Shown: in pieces, positions 13,491 through 28,274 of the stretch | Position numbering within the stretch: position 1 is the first letter of the stretch | Layout: every line of letters starts with the position of its first letter | Assembly (NCBI GenBank): GCA_051294375.1 | Contig: CM119266.1 | Location: 1,493,554-1,557,553 of the forward strand | Direction of reading: 5' to 3' | DNA: 64,000 nt | From: Paraspadella gotoi | Taxonomy: Eukaryota; Animalia; Chaetognatha | Position numbers and translations under genes: made by a program | Notes under the pieces: generated by a model | Told to the model about the DNA's origin: nothing | Databases searched by the model: none | What the model saw: the letters and a program-made list of their open reading frames with translations, nothing else

Positions 13491-14841
13491 TCCCACTCTC
13501 TCTCTCCCTCTCCCGCTGTAACGGTTTGTTTTGTTTGTTTATCTCAAATCCCCATCGAAATATTTTTCCTATGATTCATGTTTTTCCTCCGCGCGGCGGC
13601 GCTGACGTCAGTGGCTTCCGGAAAATCGCATCGAACGGAAACGCCCGGGTCTTGTTTTGGGTTGAGGGTTAGGAGGACGTCAAGAGACCGTGTGAGTGAG
13701 ATACGTTCGTTGGTCTTTATTTATTCTAGTATTTGTTTGCTGATAAGATATCGACGTCGACATTTTTCATTCTGTTTGCTTTCTAATTTGAACGAACAAG
13801 ATTCTTTGACTTTCAATCAATTTCAACTGTTCACAAATTCGCGACAACAGTTCACTGAACTCGAAATAATAATCGACGCGCGCAGCTGCTCGTCTTCACG
13901 AGTGATGATTTTCACAAATGCGAGTCGGGTCATTGCCTCACACGCTATTAGTGTCATTCACTCACACGCGATTCGCATTTGAAACACACACGCACAGTCG
14001 CACACATAATAAAGATCCCATCTACAACTCTCACACTTTTCGCACCGTCCCAGTCACATCGTTTTCACCCTGCTTTCAATTCACCCACGGACTCACAAAT
14101 TTTCTTTTACACACCTTTCTCAAGCGACCTCGTGTGAACGCCGAGTCCGTACGCAACCCATTCACGTCTTTCACTCCGAGGTCACGTCTCGAGTCTTCGT
14201 GAATGAGAGAGGCCGGATCCGTTAGCTTATTATTCAAGGGCGCGCGGGAGATTTTAAATTTTCTCAATATACTAATGAGGGGAAGAAGAAGGAATTAAAT
14301 ATTCATTATTCAACCAACGATTACAATGGAATATCGCCCATGGTGTCATAGAAATCTAATTCACTAAAACTGAGATAAATTATCGTATTATTAATAATAG
14401 TATAATAAAATATACATGTTAATAAGAGAATAATGTCTAGAATAATGTTTAGATTCATTGTATTTCAAAATGATAAAACAGTCCCTTATATTGACAGTGA
14501 GGCGACTTACCACCGCTCTCTCTCTCTCTCTCAGCCCTTCCTCTCTCCTCTTTCTCAACAGCCTTTGACTTTTAACTCCAAGATACAAGAGAACAAAGCC
14601 ATTCCAAATTTTTTTAGCAAGTCGGGCAAGTCGGGCTTGAGTCCCGCATATATTCGGCTTATAAAGCCAAAGCTGCAATTATTCCCGTAATAGTTTATTA
14701 GTTTTTAAGCCGATTCAAAATACAAATATTTAAAATTTCTCTATATACCAGAGATGAAAAGAATAATAACGATTTTGCTTGTAAAGACAGCCAATACAAT
14801 AACAAATAACAACAACAAATACCACAACGGCGACGAGTGCA

Positions 14842-14875
<34 letters not shown>

Positions 14876-15774
14876 TGGCTCAAATCTGCCCTCGATTTCC
14901 GGGCGCTGGATATCCTGTCCTCTTTTCCCTCGCCATCTAAGGACGAAGGATTTAAGGGGAAATCCTATGAGAGAATTTTTTTCTTCCGGGGTTTAAGGGG
15001 AGGATGGGTTGTGGGAATATAGAAAGTTAAAACTGGTTGTGGTTAAGATTTAGAGAGATTAAGTTTTATGCGGTGAAAGGGTGAGGATGAGATATGACGA
15101 CTAAGTTGAATTTTGAGGTAAGTTCGAGTGAGGGTAACGATAGCAAACTGTTTGAGATTAAATTTTGGTTATTCGGGGTCGAGGATAAAAAAATCACGAG
15201 TGAAATAATAAGATTCCTAGTGTGTTTATATTTATTGAGTTTCGGCTCGGTAGGCTTTCCAAAATCAAATATTTTATATAATAGATTTTAATATAAGGAA
15301 ATTAGAATAATTATTTAAGTAGTCATGATTATAACGAAACAACCAAAAAACTCACTATTGACAACCTTAAACGCTTCTGTACTGAACGTCATTAATAAAA
15401 AAACTTTCCAAAAAAATCGTTTTCTTTTTCCTTCTTGTGACTGAAGAGAACTTATTTCAACAAAAGTCGCTTCCTATTTTTCCATCAAAGGAGCATTTTC
15501 CATCAGAGTTTTTTCACCTTTTCCATCAAAGTCGCTTTTTCCTTCAAAGTCGCTTTATTTTTTTCTATCAACGTGTCTCTTTCCAGCAAAGTAAATCCCC
15601 CTTTTGCATAAAAATGGCTTTTTCCATAAAAATGGCTTCCCTTTTTTCCATAAAAGTCGCTCCTCTTTTTCCATCAAAGTGGCTTTTATCTCCGTCTCTT
15701 TTGCGGACCCGGATTTAGCCGATATTTCTCGATTAGAGTTTCTTCTCCGCAAACCACTTCCCCATTTCCCTCTC

Positions 15775-15833
<59 letters not shown>

Positions 15834-16234
15834 TTTCTTCAATTTGGTTCCATCTTCGCTATTATTTTTCCTCTTCTTTTTTATACCTTTCCATTTTGTC
15901 TTTTTTCCATTTTGCTCTCAATTTTTTTTCTTTTTTTTTTCTTTTCCATCTCAATTTTTCCTTCACAATCTATCCTTATTTTTTGTTTCCTTTCCTTCTT
16001 ACTTTCCTTTTTTTTCTTCACCTTCCTGAATTTCTGCTCTCAATTTCTCCCTCATTTTTTCTCTTTATCCTTCTCTTCCTTTTTTCCTTTCCCCATTTTC
16101 CCCTCCTTTTCCTTCTTTTTTTTGGTCGCCGTCTTCTCCTCCTTTGAGATGGAGCCGCTTTCTTATGGCTCCGAGTTGACCTCGGGATGTCCAACTCTTT
16201 TCAATTGCCTTTTGCGCTTTTCTTCCTCCTCTTT

Positions 16235-16810
16235 CTTTCCTTTTAATCTTATTCTTTCTTGTCTTTCTTTCCTTTTATCTTTTTTCTTGTCTTCTTTCCT
16301 TTAAATCTTTTTCTTTCTTGTCTTTTTTTTTTTCATCTAATCTTATTCTTTCTTGTCTTTCTTTCCTTTTAATCTTTTTTTCTTGTCTTTCTTTCCTTTT
16401 AATCTTTTTCTTTCTTGTCTCTTTTTTTTCATCTAATCCTATTCTTTCTTGTCTTTCTTTCCTTTTAATCTTTTTCTTTCTTGTCTCTTTTTTTCCTCTA
16501 ATCTTATTCTTTCTTGTCTTTCTTTCCTTTTAATCTTTTTCTTTCTTGTCTCTTTTTTTCATCTAATTCTATTTCTTTTTTGTCTTTCTTTCATTTTAAT
16601 CTTTTTCTTTCTTGTTTTTTTTTCTCATCTAATCCTATTCTTTCTGTCTTTTTTTCCTTTTAATCTTTTTCTTGTCTTTCTTTCCTTTTAATATTTTTCT
16701 TTCTTATACTTTTTTGTGGAATCTTATTCTCTCTGATGTCTTTCTTTCCTTAGAATATTTTCTGTCTATTCTCTTTTTTCATCTAATCTTATTTTTTCTC
16801 CTGTCTATCT
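16235..16810. repeat. T/C-rich degenerate minisatellite (TAATCTTATTCTTTCTTGTCTTTCTTTCCTTT-like)
   Basis: Directly visible degenerate tandem units. Confidence 0.8.
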
Positions 16811-16838
16811 TTCCTTTTGGTCTTTTTATTTCTATTAT

Positions 16839-16877
16839 TATCAAGCCATGACCGGCGAAGCCGGTTCAGGCTTGATA
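16839..16877. other. Near-perfect inverted repeat/hairpin with GCGAAGC loop
   Basis: TATCAAGCCATGACCGGC-GAA-GCCGGTTCAGGCTTGATA. Confidence 0.7.
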
Positions 16878-18623
16878 TTGATTCGGGTGAGCTTCTTTGT
16901 GACGTAGTCGTCGTCGTCGTCGTCGGCGTCGTCGTTGTCGTCGTCGTCGGCCGTCACGCTGTTTTTAAATAAAAACTACTACGCTTTTATAGGTTTGGCT
17001 GTGACTTACCGGTTTTTTTTTAATAAAATTATTATGAATTAATGAAAAGTTTTCAAAAGTGTGCATTTCATAGTAAGTTAAAAATTTAGATATGGCTTCT
17101 CATCTTGAAATAGCTTTGATATTTTCTTATTAACATTTGGATTTAAGTATTTTTTTGTTTGAATTTCCACTTCATTATGATTTACTGCAATATGCAAATG
17201 AGATTATAGTACTCATTATCATATCCAAATTAGTATATAGAATGCTTTAATCTAATATTACATATTGCCAGTAATAATAATATGAAGATGAAATTCAAAA
17301 AAAATTTTTTAAATCTTTAATAAAAATGGGAATCAAAATAACTTTTTAATGAGAAGCTATATCTTAATTTTAATACAAATAAAATAAAATCTTTTACAAA
17401 GCTGCGATTGGAAAAAATTGGAAAAATTTCCAATTGTAAACCATTGTAACATTTTTTGCCTTTCTTTTTCTTTATTTCTTTTTATTCTTTTATTCTTTTA
17501 TTCACTTTATATCTAACTTATTATTTGTTCTTTTAGTTAATTATTATAACAGATTAGCTTACATTTCTGATCCAGTATTCATTGTTCTGCACTGACTGTA
17601 ACGGCCTTCAAGCAGCTGTCAGCTTTGTCTCTCTTTCTCATCTCTTTCTCTCTCTTCTCTCTTTGATCTCTTGCGTGATCGTTCTTCTTTATGAAAATTT
17701 ATGATTATTTTTTTTTTTTCTAAAAACTTTTATTCGGGGCTTTTTTTTCAATACAAAAATTCCAATTTACTCCGAGATTTTTCGTGGATACATTTTAAAA
17801 AAAGTGAAGAATAACTTATATTGACATGCATTGTCACATGTAAATCAGCTAATGTGACTTATTATATATGCGCAGCACTTTCGGCGAACAATATGCATTA
17901 CATTTAAAAAAATAAAATTTGTATTTATTTATTATTGTAACTTTGACCGGTTGGGCCACTATTGAAAATTATATCTAAAATAGGAGTTGATAAGAGAGAT
18001 ATAGTCAAATTAAACATTACTTTTTTGTTATTTCTGATAATTTATACTATTATTAAATTATAAAATTTTTTAGTGTATATATTTAATCATTTTTATCTTT
18101 TTTTTTAAATATAAATTATTTGATGTGATAACTATTTATAAATTAATTAAATATGCAAATATAAAATTTGACCTCGGTCTGGTTTCTTCCTAAAAAAGAA
18201 CAATCAAAAATTTCATTCAAGATTAAAATTTTTTAAAATGAGGAAAAAAAATATTTGGAAGTCAAAATATATAATCGTTAACTGAGTATTTTCCCTATAT
18301 ATTTTGTTAATAGGGATTATAATTTTTGGTCATTATTATTGAAAAGAGTTTAGCTTTATCAAGTTTTTTTTCTTCTGAATAGGGGTAGCCCCTCTCAATG
18401 GGGTGAATCAAAAATTTAGTATGGGAACATGCTCAAACGAAATTTTTTGCATTTTTAAGTTTACTTTCAATGTACAAAAAATTTTTTATATGGCTCTATA
18501 ACAATATTTATTTTGTAATATTTTTTTATAGAAAGGAAAAGAGTTCGTCCTACTCATATTCGTCGGAAAATGAGTTCAGCTCTGCAGCGGCGGTCCAGCG
18601 GCGGTCCAGCGCCTGTCCAGCCT

Positions 18624-18674
<51 letters not shown>

Positions 18675-18813
18675 CCTTCTAAAACTTTTATTATCGCCAT
18701 TTATTCCGCGCTTTTTTTCTCAATAACAAAAATCCCAAATTTACATCCAGATTTTCGTGGATTTTTTCCCTAAAAATTCTGATTGCGTTTCGGTTGGCGG
18801 GAAAACTGTCCAG

Positions 18814-18845
<32 letters not shown>

Positions 18846-19559
18846 TCTCTTCACTCATACACGCATTTGTTTGTTTTATTTACGATGAAATGATGACTAT
18901 CATGCATCAATGAATGACTATCATCATGGCTGATCCTTATGCTTTTAAAGATTTTATTTTTTTCAGCTACATAATCTTATTCTTTTCTTATGTTTTTCTT
19001 TTCTTTTAATATGTTTCGCGTTTTTCTTTTTTAACTATTTTTTTCTAACTTTTCTCTCTCTTTTCACAGACTTCTTTCAGTTCGATTACATTCTGTCACT
19101 TTTACTTTCCACTTTTTTCCATAATTTTTCATTTCTTTTATTTTAAGTATATTTCTTTATTTAGATTTTACACCCTGTTTAGGTGTTCTTTATTATTCCA
19201 TCCTTAGCTTTCTAAATTCTCTCTCTCTCTCTCTTTCTTCCGGATGGGTTGTTTACTGTAATTGATGAAGAAAAGCCAGAGAGATCATTTTTTTAACTTT
19301 CGCACTTTTACTTTTTCTCCCACGATGCCTCTTTGGTTTATTTGTTTTTGTTCTCTTTCTTCCTAAACTTTAACTTTTTTTCAAAATACAGACAAAGAAA
19401 TTAAATTACAGAAAATGATGCGTGAAAATTGTGAAGCTGTAAAAACAAGAAAGAGCATTGAAAGTCCTTAGTTTTCCAGAGAGATTCTCTCTCTCTATTT
19501 TGCTTCTCTCTCTTTCTCTCTCTCTCTATCTCTCTCTACTCTCTCTCTCCTCTCTCTCT

Positions 19560-19631
<72 letters not shown>

Positions 19632-19872
19632 ACCCACTCTTTCTCTCACACTCTCTCACTCTCTCACTCATATTTACATTCCAGTCTTCTCGTCACCTGA
19701 CTCCGATCTAGTCGCCTTTTTCTCTTTTTCTTTCTTTTTCCTTCCTTTTCTCCTTTTCTTTTTTCTCCTCCTCTTCCTCCTCTCCTATTTTTCTTCTCCT
19801 CCTCCTCCTCCTCCGCTCTATCTCACCCGCGTTCTCACCATACCGGCGTCCTCGGTGCACTCACGTTCTCTC

Positions 19873-19911
<39 letters not shown>

Positions 19912-19926
19912 CCTCTCTCTCTTCTC

Positions 19927-19964
<38 letters not shown>

Positions 19965-20844
19965 CCATGGGCTGCCCGGTTTTCACCATAAACGCTGCCT
20001 CGCCGTCGATTTTTTTTCCCTGGCATCCACTAGTTTTTTATTTTTAAGAGAATCGTCGCCGACGCACGCACCGGCGTCGCCGACACACGCATCGGTATCG
20101 CCGACGCACGCATCGTCAATATCGTCGGTGCTGCCGGTGCTGCCGGTGCCGCCGACGCAATCTCAATCGACGCCGGAGCCACAACCCCAAACCGCCGCCG
20201 GCACAATTTTTCAGTTGCCAGGAAAATGCGTTTGGTCTTTATTGCATCCTCGGGACACGGGACTTTCTGGTACCATTTTTGTTGGGGTTTTTCCTTTTGC
20301 ATTGCAGATTGCTTGCAGGAAAAGCAAGTTGTTTTTACTGCATCCTCGTATCTGAATAGGAAACTGTTTAATTTTGTATTTGCTGCTGCTAATAATTGCT
20401 ACTGGACAATTGTGTAAAACAAGAGAAAAGTAATAAAATGATAATCACTACTTTCATTTAACCTTAAACAATCTTCACAACGTCGCCATGGCAACTGATC
20501 GTCAATAGCGCGAGCGACCAATCACGAATCACCGACAAAATCAATCGTGAATCGTAAATTTCGGTTTTCGCCGAACCATGTGAGATTGTGAGCTTGTAAA
20601 TCGCAGGGAAAAGGGCTCGCCCTTCAACCCCGTGATTCATTGCAAATCGCACTCGCGATAGATCAGGAATCGCCAACGCTAATCTTCGTGGCATCGGCCG
20701 AGAAAACAAGAACAAATGAGAAGTTGGAAAGAGAATCGAACCTGAACGAGAAACTGCTAGACTGCTTGGGATCAGATTATCTCATTTTCTCAAAAACAAT
20801 TTAAAATTATATTATATTATATTATATTATTATATTATATTATA

Positions 20845-21379
20845 CACTTCATTGATAGGGAAGCCAGGTACTCTGGGAGTGAATAAACGAGACTGTGAGA
20901 GAGTCTTGATTGAAAGCTTGCAGGGACCTGCTTTGTCATTATCTTTGTAAGAGTGATGGAGGCCTTAAACCACCAAAGCCTGTCCAAAGTCAGGGGCAAG
21001 ATAGCTTATTTATTATATGAATGGATATTTTTATATTGGTTGTACCAATTTTATAAAATTCAGCTCTTTGTATTTTGATGCTAGTGCGGAGTACAATAAG
21101 TATTCCCCGATCTATACTTAAGGGAGTGGTCTTTTTCATACAATTGAAAACATTCTTTGAAATATTATACCACTTCATTGATAGGGAAGCCAGTACTCTG
21201 GGAGTGAATAAACGAGACTGTGAGAGAGTCTTGATTGAAAGCTTGCAGGGACCTGCTATGTCATTATCTTGTAAGAGTGATGGAGGCCTTAAACCACCAA
21301 GGCCTGTCTAAAGTCAAGGGCAAGATAGCTTATTTATTAAATGAATGGATAATTTTTATATTGGTTGTACCAATTTTAT
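20845..21379 (+). mobile_element. Two direct copies (~20845-21055, ~21171-21379) of a dispersed repeat family; fragments elsewhere in the window
   Basis: Near-identical ~210-bp units. Matching fragments occur at ~24445-24522 (reverse), ~30785-30840, ~43911-43940 (reverse) and ~55332-55350. Class not determined. Confidence 0.65.
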
Positions 21380-21914
21380 GGAATATGATTTTATTTTTTA
21401 TATAACTTAAGGGCAAAGCTAAATTATTACTACAAAAGGTTTTTATCTTTCTTTCTTTCTATTTTTGATTTTTCTCTCTTTTTTTTTCTTTCCTTCTTTT
21501 TCTGACTCCTCGAGAGTGAAACGCGAGTATTGAAATAAAATTTTTAAAACGAAAAAAAGACTCCCAGGCTAACCTCTTCGGTAATAGAGGCTAAATTATT
21601 CAATTTAAAAGATTAAACTTCAACGTTAAACTTAAAGTGAAACCGATTTTTTTTCCAGCAAAATTTTTGGCGAATTTTTTTTTCCTTGAAAAATCTCACG
21701 TTTATTATTTAGTTTTTTAATATATTTATTTCGTAAAAAAGGTAAGTTTATGGATTCGACAAATCAAGTGCGCAGAGAAATTTAATAAAACCGAAGACAT
21801 TTGACGAAAGTGAGAAAGAAATAAATGAAAGAAAGAGAAATTTAATAAAACCGAAAAAAAAGAGAGAGACGGAAAGAAATTATAATTTATATAATATAAT
21901 ATATATATAGAAAG

Positions 21915-21988
<74 letters not shown>

Positions 21989-22214
21989 AAGAGAGAGAAG
22001 AGAGAGAGAGAGAGAGAAGCGAGAGAGATAAAAAGAAAAGCATGCGAGAAAAAGATGAAAGCTCCTTTAAATTTCTTTCATTTCTGTGAACCAGAATCTC
22101 AATTCCTAATCCTTGGATCGCGCGAGGTTTTCTCGATTTCGTCTCCTGATGAGACCTCTCTCTCTCTCTCTCTCTCGTCTCTCATCGCTCCCCCTGTACT
22201 CATCCTCTCATCCT

Positions 22215-22270
<56 letters not shown>

Positions 22271-23234
22271 CATCTCCTTCTTCTATTTTCAACAAAAAAG
22301 ACCATAAATTGACCAGATTTTCGCGTTCAACATAGTAATCGCCTGTCGATCATTCGACTTATTCGCCTGATCGCGGTCACGAAAACTAAAGGCCTGATGG
22401 TCAAAACTTGTCCAACTTTTTTTCCCTCCAAATTTCCTCTTGAGATTTCTTTTCTCTTTCCTTTTCCTTTATCTCGACAGTCTTTTTCCTTTCCATTTTT
22501 TCTTTCCTCCCTCTGCCTCTACTTTTCAGTTTTAGCTCCATTCTACCTCTTCATCTTCATCCCTTCTCCTTTTTTTCTTTTCCTCCTTTTTTCTTTTCCT
22601 CCTTTTTTCTTTTCCTCCTTTTTTCTCGCTCTTCTTTCTCATGGAATCGACTTCCTTTCCCCATTCTATTTTTTCCCCTCCTCCACCTATCCCCGAGAGA
22701 TATTCTTAGATGCCCACCCACTTAATCTCCCACTCCCTCTTCCTCATCTTAGATGCCCACCCACTTAATCTCCCTCTCTCCCTCACCCTCTCCCTCTCTC
22801 CCTCTCCATCTCCCTCTTCCCTTTATTTCTCTTCCGACCCAAAATAACGGAAAACTTGTCAATACGAATCTTGCGTCTGGCGAATGTGTGATAACGACGA
22901 TCTGTAGGGGGCTGGACGACGATGACGGTGACGATGACGGTGACGACGATGATGACGACGACAACGATGATGACGACGACGACGACGACTATGAGGATGA
23001 TGGTGCCGATGGCGGATGCGGTCAATGGCGACCACGGCATTAGAAACAATGGCGCTGACAACAACGATAATGGCGCATTTATTGTGATCAGAGATGACTA
23101 TGACTAACTATTGAGACAATATTAATGAAAAAGAGCACTGGAGTAAAACACTAAAGATTAACATAGACGAAAATGATGTTACGACAATCTCATTCACAAT
23201 TGACATCGATGACAACGACAATAGAAACAATCAA

Positions 23235-23277
<43 letters not shown>

Positions 23278-23341
23278 TTGACGACGACAATGACAAAGAC
23301 GAAGACTGCGCCTTTATTGTGATGATGTCAGCGACGATTAC

Positions 23342-23640
23342 GAGTAATGACAATGAACGATGTAGCAATGACAATGAACGATGTAGTAATGACAATGAAC
23401 GATGTAGTAATGACAATGAACTATGTAGTAATGACAATGAACAATGTTGTAATACCATTAAACAATGTAGTAATGACAATAAATGATGGAGTAATGACAA
23501 TAAACGATGGAGTAATGACAATGAACGATGTAGTAATGACAATGAACGATGTAGTAATGACAATGAACGATGGAGTAATAACAATGAATGATGGAGTAAT
23601 GATAATGAACGATGTAGTAATGACAATGAACGATGGAGAT
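23342..23640. repeat. 21-bp minisatellite (GTAATGACAATGAACGATGTA) x~14 with flanking (GAC)n tracts
   Basis: Directly visible; produces the MTMNDVV pseudo-ORF. Confidence 0.9.
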
Positions 23641-23748
23641 TAGTGTCAAGAAAAAAAAAAGAAGACGAAACCAACGAAAACGACGTCAATCCAGATAATT
23701 TCCAATTGGCCGATCGGTCGTAACTTGATGGAAATGGCTACAGCGTGA

Positions 23749-23786
<38 letters not shown>

Positions 23787-24759
23787 AACGTTAATTACAC
23801 ATCGCATCTTTTTTTAATCGTTTCTCTTCTTCGACCAATGAGATCAGTCGGTTCGATTCGACCATTCAGCTTTGGTTGACGGAAATTATTTCTTCACTGA
23901 TAAACCTGAACTTTTTCTCGCGAATTAACCGATTTTTTTTTCTCTTTTAATCTAAAAAAAAATATAAATTAATCATTTTTCAACGTTTTACCTATTCTTC
24001 TGTCAATTTTTTTTTTAATGCTATTCAGGGAATATATATTTTTAAGGTTATACCATTATGATTAGGGAACTATTAGTGAACTATCCCATTTTTAAAGAAA
24101 ACCGTTAAGCAGTTTCGCAAACTTTAAAAAAAAAAATGTTTGGTATTTTATATTTCAAATAAAATTCGTGGAAAAAATATTTAAATTCGTCGCATTGTTA
24201 AAAAAAAATGGGGAAAAATTATATAAACTGGGATTGAATTATGTTTTGATCATCGAATGTTTATACTCAAATCATTTCTTCAGGTTAAAAGAACGAGAAG
24301 CGGAAAAATGCGAATTCAGCTTTTTTGCTTCTTTCAATATTTGCTTTAGAAAGGAAAAATGTAAAGAATTAAACTTAAAGCGAAAGATAGAAAATTATAT
24401 TCTACTCCTTCACTTTTAATATCTGCCTTCAGTTTTGATATGAAATTGGTACAACCAATATAAAAATTATCCATTTATTCAATAAATAAGCTATCTTGAC
24501 TTTGAACAGGCTTTGGACAGGCTCTTTCAAAATTTTTCAATTATTATTTTTTTTTAATAAACAATTCATATTTAAAAAAAAATGTTTAGTTCATTACATT
24601 CGTAGCCAGTAACAACGACAACAACAACAGCAAGACCATAAAATGGTCCCAACTCTTAAAAGAAAAACTGTTGTCGTCATCACCTAAAAAGTTTCATTCA
24701 ACTTTTTGTCTAATAATCACATTTGCTGAGGATTATCTTTCTTTTTTTCTGTCTCTCTG

Positions 24760-24819
<60 letters not shown>

Positions 24820-25903
24820 TCATGCTTTCAGTTTGCTCTTTTTTTCTCTCTATCCTAAAGGCGTCTCTTTTCTTTCGCGTCAATCATCAATAAAATTTTC
24901 TTTTCATTGTTGAAAAAAAAAAGTATAAGATTTGAATTTATCTGACACGCGATCTGTTTAAAACTGGATGATTAAAATGAATCAGATTTTGACTCTTTTT
25001 TTAATAACAGAAATTAAAATCAATTACTTGCATTTGTTTGGGTATTTTTCTAAAAGACAACTAAACCAATAGAACTTTCCCTTTCGCTTCTATGGTATTT
25101 TTCTATGGTGTTGTCAGTTGTTTTAAATGTATTTCTACGTATTTCTCAGAATAATCTTAGCGAATTCTTAAAATGATAGTAAAAAAATTACTTTCCATAC
25201 AAAACCGGTTAAATTTTAAAAAATGACAACAGTCACCGTGAAAATCTTCTCGAATAAAATGTGATTAAAACCGAATCGCGTGCTTTTTTTTTTACTTCCG
25301 TGAATTTAATGACTAAATTTCACGACGTCGATTGAATTTTATTCAATTCAATTCATTCCAATTCAATTTAATTCATTTCAATTAATCCTGGACTTTTATT
25401 TTTCTCTCTCATTCTTTTTTCTCCCGCAGATTTTTTACTACTTTTACCATTCAACTTGGATATTAACTTTTCAAAAGGGCTTTGAAGGAATAGAACAAAA
25501 GAGCATCCAATACGACGAGCAAAGATAGAGTGAAAGAAAACCAAATAAAACAACCAGCCATCCGAAAAGAACAAAAAACTAAACAAACTTTACTCCGTTA
25601 TTAATTATATACAAAAAAGTAATTCGAAATTCGAAATACGAGACGAAAACAAAACAGCAAAGAAACCATTGATAGACGACGGGCAGATCCTCCAATCAAC
25701 GTCGAGATATCGTTCAATCGACCAATCACTCGACGGATCGATGGATCGCGACGTTCCCGTCGTTGCTGCTTAAACAACAACAACAAAAAAACAAAACAAA
25801 AGACAAAACTAAGAACTTGGTGGCTTCACTTTCGAGACTAAAACGCCTCGCCGGATATAAAACAAAAAGCTTTAGCAATATTCCTTTCAGAGCCCAGACT
25901 TTT

Positions 25904-25959
<56 letters not shown>

Positions 25960-26104
25960 TCCTTAAAAGTAGTTTATATCATTTTCTTTCAGCTTTTTTC
26001 AAACAATCCTTGCACGTCTACCGTATATCAAGTAAGTCGTATATCAGCTAATTGAGATGATGATGTTGATGATGTTGAATATGATGATGATGATGATTAC
26101 GATA

Positions 26105-26167
<63 letters not shown>

Positions 26168-26702
26168 TGTTGATGATGATGATGATGATGATGATGATAA
26201 TTCGTTGTACCGAAGATTGAATCGGTCGTATTTATCATTAATATAATTTATTTTTTCCTGCATACAGATTTTCTACAAGACGCCATCTATATCGTCAAAG
26301 CAAACAACAACGAACTAAATTACGAGAAGGAAAAAATATAATAAAAAAGATAAGAATCTTTTTTAAACTTTTAAAGGTTCATTACAAATGATATTTATGG
26401 AGGCAATTAGTGCGTATAGTCACCTCAGGTTTGCGCTTTTTGAATCAAAACATTAAGGGCAGAAAAATGTAAACATTAACAAAATTACAAACACATTTAT
26501 CTTTCCATACGGCTTACAGTCATCAAGCTTGACTCTTGTTCGAAATTAGATTTTGTAAAAAGCTAATTGTCTCCATAAATATTATCATAACCAAAGCATC
26601 AAAGAAATTTCTGGATCCAAATTTTCTTCCAAATTAAAAACAAAAACATTTTCGCTTTTTTGAATTTTTTTTTATTTAAAAACAAAAACAAAACACAAAA
26701 CC

Positions 26703-26771
<69 letters not shown>

Positions 26772-27760
26772 TCAATCCTTTTACTTCTTATAATCTCTCT
26801 CTCCTTCTCTTTTATCCCTCACGTATACGCCAAAAAAAAAAATAATATCTGCATCGCTGCATTTAACTGTCTATTGCATCCGAAACACAAAAAAAAAAAA
26901 TGTATAACAACAGCTATAAATAAAAAGTAAAAAAAGCAACTGCATTTCTCTCTCCCTTTCCCCCCCTTGCCATCCCCGCTCTACGTGTGTAGTCTACCTT
27001 GTGTATCCAGTGTTACCCTTGTGCCGTGTACGGTATCAGTGCTTCCTTCAACCGAGCGTTTTTCGACAGTGCTTGTCTCTGCACGCAGCTTTCAATCTGC
27101 ACGCAGCTTTAACTTAAACTTTTCAAACTTACGTTTTGGCGAAAATCTTCGACAGAAAAAAAAATTAATAAATAAATCAATCAAACGTAAAAAAATTTCG
27201 ATATTACACTTTAAAAATTACGCTACTTCACTTTTAAAAAAAATACCAAAAAAACTTGGGTCTATCTCTCTCTCGGTTGACATGCCTGCGTTTACCACTC
27301 CAGTATCCTACTCCTCGCTACTACATCGCTGCTCTAGCAACGCATCTCCACCACTCCTGTCGCCAGTTAACACCCTCTTTTCTCCTATTTTCCTTTCCAA
27401 CACCCAACCGCTTATAGTGTGAAAACAGTTAAAGTATTTAAGTATTTAATTAATTTTATTTCTTTCTCTTTCTCTCTCGCTCTCTCATCCTCTCTCTCTA
27501 TCTCTCTCTCTCTCTCTTTCTCTGTCTCTTGTTTTCTGTGTCTGTGTCCAAAAAGCTTATATCTATCGACGTTGCTACTTTGTTTCACCCCAACGTTTTC
27601 CTTAATTCGCAACATAAACGCCTTTCACTCTTGGCGCTCGGTGTCTCCTCAGTAGTTCTTTCATCGAACCAACAAAAGACTTCGTTGTTTCGGAGATATT
27701 ATAAAGCAGGTAATCGTTATTCTTCTATGTTTCTTGGTCTTGTTTTTGTTTTGAGAGAGA

Positions 27761-27862
<102 letters not shown>

Positions 27863-28274
27863 ACTGGTCAGTCACTGACTTTTGGCCAGACGTGCCAGAC
27901 GTGCGGGTTTCAACGTCTCACACAATTCGACCGTTTCCTTTCATTCTTCAGATTTTGCGAAACTTTCTCTTCTACAAAGTGAAAGCAACTCCGTTCGTCT
28001 TCCATAAAATACAAACGTCAATATCTCGTACTTCCGCTAATCTTTTGTTTCCGCCTCCCGTTTTACCGACTCGCTTCGCCATATCGAGGCTTTAATCGAA
28101 AAAAACGCTAACCGAAATAGAAAACAAAAGACTTCGCAAAAAACCGAATCCCACCAAAAATCAGTATAGCTCAGAGGTTAACCAAATAAAATTAGCGCCA
28201 AAGTAAAGATACGAAAGAAACAAAGGAACGAAAAAAAAACTGCTTTAAAAGCAGCTCGTGCGAAGATTAGCGAA

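Noticed and set aside
17600-17622. Resemblance to the 3' half of miR-133 (CCTTCAAGCAGCTGT)
   Set aside because: The seed is absent and there is no convincing precursor hairpin.
23231-23689. MTMNDVV / LLHRSLS repeat ORFs as a repeat protein
   Set aside because: 21-bp minisatellite open on both strands, with substitutions not confined to synonymous sites and no signal peptide (contrast 28999-29289).
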